Below, in pieces: positions 58,422 through 64,000 of a DNA stretch of 64,000 nucleotides. The notes under the pieces were generated by a model, which searched no databases, had not been told where the DNA came from, and was given only the letters and a program-made list of their open reading frames with translations. The DNA comes from an archaeon GW2011_AR15 (GTDB taxonomy: Archaea; Nanobdellota; Nanobdellia; Woesearchaeales; GW2011-AR15). The position numbers were made by a program, and so were the translations under genes. Every line of letters begins with the position of its first letter. Position 1 is the first letter of the stretch. The stretch lies in contig CP010425.1 of assembly GCA_000830295.1 (NCBI GenBank), positions 256,001 to 320,000 of the forward strand, read 5' to 3'.

Positions 58422-58697
58422 TTATGACCTTATTTTCTTGACTTCTTTCAGAAGCTCTGTGTTATCCTTCCTGAGCCTTGAAATAGCATCCCTAAGTGCC
58501 TTTTTCGGGTCCTTGTCATCTGTCTCGATTATGAATTTTGGCACGCCTATGATTGGGTGGCTTATATTGTAGGCTGATACTGTCACTTCCTTGTCATTCC
58601 ACAGCTCCTGCCTCAGGGCGTTGCACAGCGTGTGGCCTTCTCCCTTAAGCTCAAAAACCAGCCTTTTCTTCTTGTCTTCTAGAATGTTTATTTCCAT
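58422..58697 (-). CDS. rpoL: RNA polymerase subunit Rpo11 (L)
   Basis: GEGHTLCNAL, AYNISHP. Confidence 0.96.
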   Translation of the reverse strand: MEINILEDKKKRLVFELKGEGHTLCNALRQELWNDKEVTVSAYNISHPIIGVPKFIIETDDKDPKKALRDAISRLRKDNTELLKEVKKIRS

Positions 58698-58804
58698 ATC
58701 CCCTGAGAAATCGCGTTTGGTTTAAAAAGGTTTTGTGTGCCCGCGCAAATATTCCGGAATATGCCGGCTTAGTTTCATTAATCTGCTATAGGGATAAAAC
58801 AGCA

Positions 58805-58975
58805 ATGAAAAAACATCCTGTCAAAAAATGGGAGGTAAGCATCAGCGAGCTTCAGGAGGGAATAGACAAAAGGTTTAAGGTCACGAGAAGGCTCCCGGAC
58901 ATGTCTGTAGCTGAAACCAGGATATTCAGGGATAAAAAGAAAGCCAGGGCACTATTTGACGAGTGGCTGAAATAA
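58805..58975 (+). CDS. Small hypothetical protein (56 aa)
   Basis: ATG at 58805; ...FKVTRR...ETRIFRDKKKARALFDEWLK. Confidence 0.65.
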   Translation: MKKHPVKKWEVSISELQEGIDKRFKVTRRLPDMSVAETRIFRDKKKARALFDEWLK

Positions 58976-59272
58976 CTCCTCAATTCTTGAGTTCAAGATT
59001 TCAATAAGCTCGGGCTGGTTATGGGTATAGATATCCGGGATATCTAGATTAAGAATGCGTTTAAGCAGATACTGTTTAGGGAACCTCTTGGCTATCTCGC
59101 CCCGCTGGTGCCCTTCCATTACTATGATAACATCAGCCCAGGAAATCTGCTTCTCAGTAACAGGCTTCTCGTTATAAAGCCCTGCTGATCTAGTGTTGAA
59201 CCTGTCTTTAAAGAGTTCCTCTGCTGTTTTGCTCCTGTTCTGGTTCTGATTGCATATGAACAAAATATTCAT
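58952..59272 (-). CDS. Short LMW phosphotyrosine phosphatase-like protein
   Basis: ILFICNQNQNRSKTAE (CX5R), SAG, WAD, LDIPD. Confidence 0.9.
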   Translation of the reverse strand: MNILFICNQNQNRSKTAEELFKDRFNTRSAGLYNEKPVTEKQISWADVIIVMEGHQRGEIAKRFPKQYLLKRILNLDIPDIYTHNQPELIEILNSRIEELFQPLVK

Positions 59273-59367
59273 AACAGATAATATTGGATGCCTGAATATA
59301 AAGTTTGAGGTTTAACGTCTTGTAGAATCAAAATATTCCCTAATCTGAAAAAAGAAAATAAAAAGAA

Positions 59368-60243
59368 TTATTTCTTGCTTTTCTCCCTGAGAGTATTATA
59401 CAGCCCTATTACCTTTTTCCCAAGATCGCTCCCTGCAGCCTGGTTTAGTGCTTTTTTAACCCCTTCAGAAATCTCTTCACCTTTCTCTCTTAGTTTATTG
59501 GCCATCTCTTCCCTGTATGTCTCTGCCAAAGCTTCCACATAGTTCTTCTGGGATGCTGCTGCTTTTTCCGGGTCCTTTAGATGCTCGCTGGCAATAAAAT
59601 CAGCCAGGCTGTAGTCCCCGCCGCCCATTGCGCGCTCATATGCTGCATTCCATGCGTTTCTGGCCAATTCCGGCTGCTGCCTGAAATAGTGCTCTGCAAA
59701 AAGACCTGCTCCGACCACTGTTTCCGGCATCATAAGCTCATTATACGTTTTCATTAAGGATGCTTCATATGCCATCTCTTCCAGTGTGTCATCATTAAGC
59801 TTCATCCCTGCGATAACCTGGGCTGTGTCATACAGCCCTTTGTCCATTGCTTCATTAAATTCTGACAGGTGCAGCTGCTTTTTCGCGTCTGCCATCATGC
59901 TGCTGTCATTCATTTTTGCAGCAAATTCTATGGCCCCGGCATAATCCCCGTTATTCATTGATGCCTCATATGCAAGCCCCCACGCAGTCATGTTTCCTTC
60001 ATGTATTACATCTTCTGCCTTGGCTACTAACTCCCCTTTTCCAAGCCTTCTTGCAAATTCAAGCGCAGTGGAATAATCTTTGCTTCCAAATGCTGCTTCA
60101 AATCCTGCTGCTCTTGCCTGCTCAAGAAGCTCCGGCTTTTTAGGAAGATATCTCTCTGCTACCATTTCTGCCAGAAGAAAATCCCCGCCTTTCATTGCCA
60201 GATTATACTCTCTCTGGTGAACCAATCCGTCTGTTATTGCCAT
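59368..60243 (-). CDS. Alpha-helical repeat protein
   Basis: Recurrent (Y/F)xxAMxxGDYxxA units; ATG at 60243 after a G-run RBS. Confidence 0.8.
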   Translation of the reverse strand: MAITDGLVHQREYNLAMKGGDFLLAEMVAERYLPKKPELLEQARAAGFEAAFGSKDYSTALEFARRLGKGELVAKAEDVIHEGNMTAWGLAYEASMNNGDYAGAIEFAAKMNDSSMMADAKKQLHLSEFNEAMDKGLYDTAQVIAGMKLNDDTLEEMAYEASLMKTYNELMMPETVVGAGLFAEHYFRQQPELARNAWNAAYERAMGGGDYSLADFIASEHLKDPEKAAASQKNYVEALAETYREEMANKLREKGEEISEGVKKALNQAAGSDLGKKVIGLYNTLREKSKK

Positions 60244-60369
60244 TTTTATACCCCCCAAATATGCTAATTTTGTATAAAAGAACAGAAAGTTATATTTAAA
60301 GCCGATTATCAGTTTCTCAGATTATTTTCTAAAACCTTAAATATCATATTTGTTTCCAAGGGTGCACAG

Positions 60370-63195
60370 ATGAAAGAGTTGAGAAAAACACAGGAAAAGT
60401 GGGTAAAGAAGTGGGCAACTGCAAAGATATTTGAGACTAAGCCGGACAAGAGGAAAAAGTTCTTCGGCACATTCCCATATCCCTATGTCAACGCCTACCT
60501 TCATCTCGGCCATTTCTATTCTTCAATGAGGCTGGAGGCGCTGTCAAGATTCAAGAGGATGCGCGGATTCAACGTTCTGTATGCCCAGGGATGGCACTGC
60601 ACAGGCTCTCCTATTGTAAACGCCGCAAAAAGGATTGAGGAGAATGAGCCGAAACAGTGGGACATCATGAGGATGCAGGGCTTCTCTGACAAGGAAATAG
60701 AAAATTTCTCAGATCCTGTAGCCTGGGTTGAGTATTTCCCTGATGAGGCAAGAAAGGATTTCACAGCAATGGGATATTCCATTGACTGGAGACGCGAGTT
60801 CATAACAACAGAGCTGAACAAGTCATATGACGCTTTTATAAAATGGCAGTTCAGGAAGCTGAAGGAGAAAGGCTATGTAACAATCGGGAAATTCCCTGTT
60901 GTCTGGGATCCTGTTGACAACAACCCTGTCGGAGACCACGACAGGATAGAGGGGGAAGGGGAAACGCCGCAGGAATATGTGCTTGTCAAGCACAGGCTAG
61001 GGGAAAAATATGTTGTTACGGCAACCCTGAGGCCGGATACGATAATGGGAGTAACAAACCTTTATGTCAATCCCGCATCACAGCTGGTGGAGGCAAATGT
61101 TGATGATGAGCTGTGGATAATTTCAGAAAAAACTGCAAGAGAGCTGGGCTTTCAGGAAAAAAGTGTAAAGATATTCAAAAAAATAACAGGCCTTGATTTA
61201 ATAGGGAAAAAAGTTAAAGAATTTTCAGGAGCTGAAGTGCTTATACTGCCTGCAGCCTTCGTAAGCACAGAGATAGGGACCGGGATTGTCCACTCTGTCC
61301 CGAGCGATTCAGCAGACGACCTTATTGCGCTTTATGACCTGCAGAATGATGAGAAAGAATGCAAAAAATACGGCCTGAAGTTTGAAGATGTGAAGGCTGT
61401 AAAGCCTATTGCAGTGCTTGAGATTCCGGGATACGGAAAAATCCCTGCCGAGGATGTGATAAAAAGGCTTGGGATAAGGAACCAGACAGAAAAAGAAAAG
61501 CTGGGTAAAGCAAAAGAACTGCTCTACAAGGATGGCTTCTACAAGGGAAAGCTGAACAGTCTCTATGCAAAAAAATTTTCAAAGGACCTTTCAGGAAAGA
61601 AAGTTGATGAGGTAAAGGAATTAATCAGGGAAGAGCTTATTGCCTCTGAATTCGGGGACAGGTATTACCAGCTTACAGGGAAGGTTATAGCAAGGACGCT
61701 GGCAGAGTGCGTCGTGAAGATAGTGGACAACCAGTGGTTCATGGCTTACGGCGACGGGGATTGGAAAAAGAAAGCCCATGAGTGCCTTGACAATATGAAG
61801 CTCTACCCTGAAAAAACAAGGAGCCAGTTTGACTATGTTCTGGACTGGTTGAGGAACTGGGCCTGCACAAGAGAATTCGGGCTGGGCACAAAGCTGCCGT
61901 GGGACGGGAAATGGCTGATTGAATCGCTTTCAGATTCAACAATCTACATGGCATATTATACAATAGTTCATAAAATTAAAGAGGTTCCTGCGGAAAACCT
62001 TGATGATGCTTTCTTTGATTATGTCCTGCTTGGGAAAGGGGACAGGAAAAATCTGAAGGTTCCTGCAAAACTGGCAGATGAACTGAGGGAGGAATTTGAA
62101 TACTGGTATCCGATGGATTTCAGGAACACAGGAAAGGACCTTATCCAGAACCACATGTCCTTCTGCATATTCAACCATACTGCAATTTTCCCGAAAAAGC
62201 ACTGGCCCCGCTCTTTTGGGTTGAACGGCCATGTCATGGTTGACGGCGACAAAATGTCGAAGAGCAAGGGGAACTTCATCTCGATGAGGCAGGCAAATGA
62301 TGATTACGGGGCAGATGCTTCAAGGTTCACTGCGCTTTCAGGCGGGGAAGGGATTGATGATGCAAATTTCGACAGGGAGCTTGCAAAAACAATGTCCTCA
62401 AAGCTCCTCTCGCTCCTGGATTTTGCAAAGGAGAACTACAACAAGGGCCGCGACAAGAAGCTGGCGATTGATGAATGGATGGACAACAGGATAAGCTCAA
62501 TAATCGCAAAAACAACAGAAAACTACGAGGAAACATTATTCAGAAGTGCGCTGCAGAACTGCTATTTCGATATGCAGAATGCCCTGAAATGGTATATGAG
62601 AAGATGCAACAACAAGCCCAACAAAAAAACAATAAGCAGGTTCATTGAAGTCCAGGCATTGCTTATGTCCCCTATAACCCCTTTTGTTGCCGAAGAGATA
62701 TGGGGAAAAATAGGGAAAAAAGGATTTATTTCTGAGGCAGAATGGCCGAAAGCAGGAAAAATTTCAGAAGACAGGAGCGAGGACATGATAAAGGACACTC
62801 TTGAGGACATCCATTCTGTGCTTGACCTATTGAAGATAGGCAGGCCAAAGAAAATAAGGCTGTTTGTTGCAGAGAAATGGAAGTATGACCTTTACAGGCT
62901 GCTGAAAAAAGAGCTTGAAAACACAAGGGATTTCGGAAAGCTGATGGCAGCTGTGATGAAAGAGCAGAGATTCAAGGAGCACAGCAAGGACATAGCAAAA
63001 ATAATACAGAAGGCTGTGAAAACCGGCATAGAGGAGGCCATGCCGCAGGACAGGGAACTGAAAGTCCTGAAGGAAAGCGCTGATTTCTTCAAAGAAGAGT
63101 TCAGTGCTGAGATAGAAATCCTTGAAGCTGAAAAAAGCAGCGAGGGAAAGGCAAAGCAGGCCCTCCCCGGAAAGGTTGCAATAATAATTGAGTAG
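60370..63195 (+). CDS. leuS: Leucine--tRNA ligase (archaeal type)
   Basis: PYPY, HLGH, TLRPDT, ESLSDSTIY, GKDL, KMSKS. Confidence 0.97.
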   Translation: MKELRKTQEKWVKKWATAKIFETKPDKRKKFFGTFPYPYVNAYLHLGHFYSSMRLEALSRFKRMRGFNVLYAQGWHCTGSPIVNAAKRIEENEPKQWDIMRMQGFSDKEIENFSDPVAWVEYFPDEARKDFTAMGYSIDWRREFITTELNKSYDAFIKWQFRKLKEKGYVTIGKFPVVWDPVDNNPVGDHDRIEGEGETPQEYVLVKHRLGEKYVVTATLRPDTIMGVTNLYVNPASQLVEANVDDELWIISEKTARELGFQEKSVKIFKKITGLDLIGKKVKEFSGAEVLILPAAFVSTEIGTGIVHSVPSDSADDLIALYDLQNDEKECKKYGLKFEDVKAVKPIAVLEIPGYGKIPAEDVIKRLGIRNQTEKEKLGKAKELLYKDGFYKGKLNSLYAKKFSKDLSGKKVDEVKELIREELIASEFGDRYYQLTGKVIARTLAECVVKIVDNQWFMAYGDGDWKKKAHECLDNMKLYPEKTRSQFDYVLDWLRNWACTREFGLGTKLPWDGKWLIESLSDSTIYMAYYTIVHKIKEVPAENLDDAFFDYVLLGKGDRKNLKVPAKLADELREEFEYWYPMDFRNTGKDLIQNHMSFCIFNHTAIFPKKHWPRSFGLNGHVMVDGDKMSKSKGNFISMRQANDDYGADASRFTALSGGEGIDDANFDRELAKTMSSKLLSLLDFAKENYNKGRDKKLAIDEWMDNRISSIIAKTTENYEETLFRSALQNCYFDMQNALKWYMRRCNNKPNKKTISRFIEVQALLMSPITPFVAEEIWGKIGKKGFISEAEWPKAGKISEDRSEDMIKDTLEDIHSVLDLLKIGRPKKIRLFVAEKWKYDLYRLLKKELENTRDFGKLMAAVMKEQRFKEHSKDIAKIIQKAVKTGIEEAMPQDRELKVLKESADFFKEEFSAEIEILEAEKSSEGKAKQALPGKVAIIIE

Positions 63196-63204
63196 GTGAT
63201 AAGA

Positions 63205-63561
63205 ATGAAAAATATTGCCCCTAATGTATTCAGACAAAGGCTACTAATTGAAGGGTTCTACACCATAAATGTTAATAAAGACACTATAAAAAAATACTTT
63301 CACGGTATAGTAAGAGAGTTAAAAACAAAGATGTATGGTGACCCTATAATTTTTTCTCCTGCTGGCGAAGGAAAAGAGGAGAATCAGGGGTATGACGCTT
63401 TTGCTCCTCTGATTGATTCAGGAATATCTTTGTATATATGGGCTAATTCCAAGTTTTTTTCAATAATTCTCTATACATGCAAAGAATTTGATGGGAAGAC
63501 AGCAGTAAACTTCACGAAAAAGTTCTTTAAGGCAAAAGAAGTTGTTTATGAGGGATTTTAA
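63205..63561 (+). CDS. S-adenosylmethionine decarboxylase-like protein
   Basis: RQRLLIEG, GY...PLIDSGISLYIW, YTCKEFD match the short SpeD fold. Confidence 0.7.
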   Translation: MKNIAPNVFRQRLLIEGFYTINVNKDTIKKYFHGIVRELKTKMYGDPIIFSPAGEGKEENQGYDAFAPLIDSGISLYIWANSKFFSIILYTCKEFDGKTAVNFTKKFFKAKEVVYEGF

Positions 63562-63605
63562 GGAACTGAGTAAACTTTTTATATTCTTATAAATAAACAG
63601 GTTTA

Positions 63606-64000
63606 ATGGTAAAGAATTTACTCTATAATTCTCTTGCAAAATATTACGATAAAATATACCACTGGAAAGACTACAAAAAAGAGACAAAGAAAATAATTGA
63701 ACTGATAAACAAGCATAAAAAGTCAAAAGGAAAGGAGCTATTGGATGTTGCCTGCGGGACAGGGACGCATATTTCTCTCCTGAAGAAAAAATTCAATTGC
63801 ACAGGTGTTGACCTCAATGAGGATATGCTCAGAGTCGCAAGGAAAAAGGTAAGGGGAGTCGTTTTCAGAAAAGCTGATATGGCTTCTTTCAGCTTAAACA
63901 AAAAGTTTGATGTCATTACCTGTTTATTCAGTGCCATAGGTCATCTTAAGACAGACAGGCAGATTGAGAGGGCAATAGAAAGTTTTTCCAGGCACCTGAA
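63606..64000 (+). CDS. Class I SAM-dependent methyltransferase (partial, runs off the window)
   Basis: Manual translation MVKNLLY..YYDKIY...LLDVACGTG...GVDLNEDML...ADM...FDVITCLF. Confidence 0.92.
   Translation, partial: MVKNLLYNSLAKYYDKIYHWKDYKKETKKIIELINKHKKSKGKELLDVACGTGTHISLLKKKFNCTGVDLNEDMLRVARKKVRGVVFRKADMASFSLNKKFDVITCLFSAIGHLKTDRQIERAIESFSRHL

Overview
Gene-dense archaeal chromosome segment (standard code). The gene content best fits a DPANN lineage, probably Woesearchaeota/Nanobdellota; this is inferred from gene content, not from a search. It holds archaeal information-processing genes (proteasome beta, aCPSF1, SRP RNA, intron-containing tRNA-Asn, HerA/Mre11, S13-S4-S11-Rpo3-L18e-L13-S9 operon, RFC-L, Nop5/fibrillarin, Rpo11, GlyRS, LeuRS, TruD, AlaX) and bacterial-type enzymes (AspRS next to gatCAB, Rpe, RpiB, Adk). 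It also has archaeal PEP carboxylase, an AT-rich type IIG restriction-modification islet, and a near-complete hybrid mevalonate/prenyl-synthase cluster. The most unusual signal is a set of tiny (50-80 bp) transposase-free inserts built on GAA-loop hairpins. Each sits between duplicated ends of a host gene: both ends of tRNA-Asn, and the start of a PIN-domain gene, which appears three times with different codons while translational coupling is kept. Other notable items are an unannotated 37-aa histone-H1-like peptide, a probable ATT start for ppcA, an SRP RNA with a stub helix 6, and a candidate small structured RNA next to nop5.
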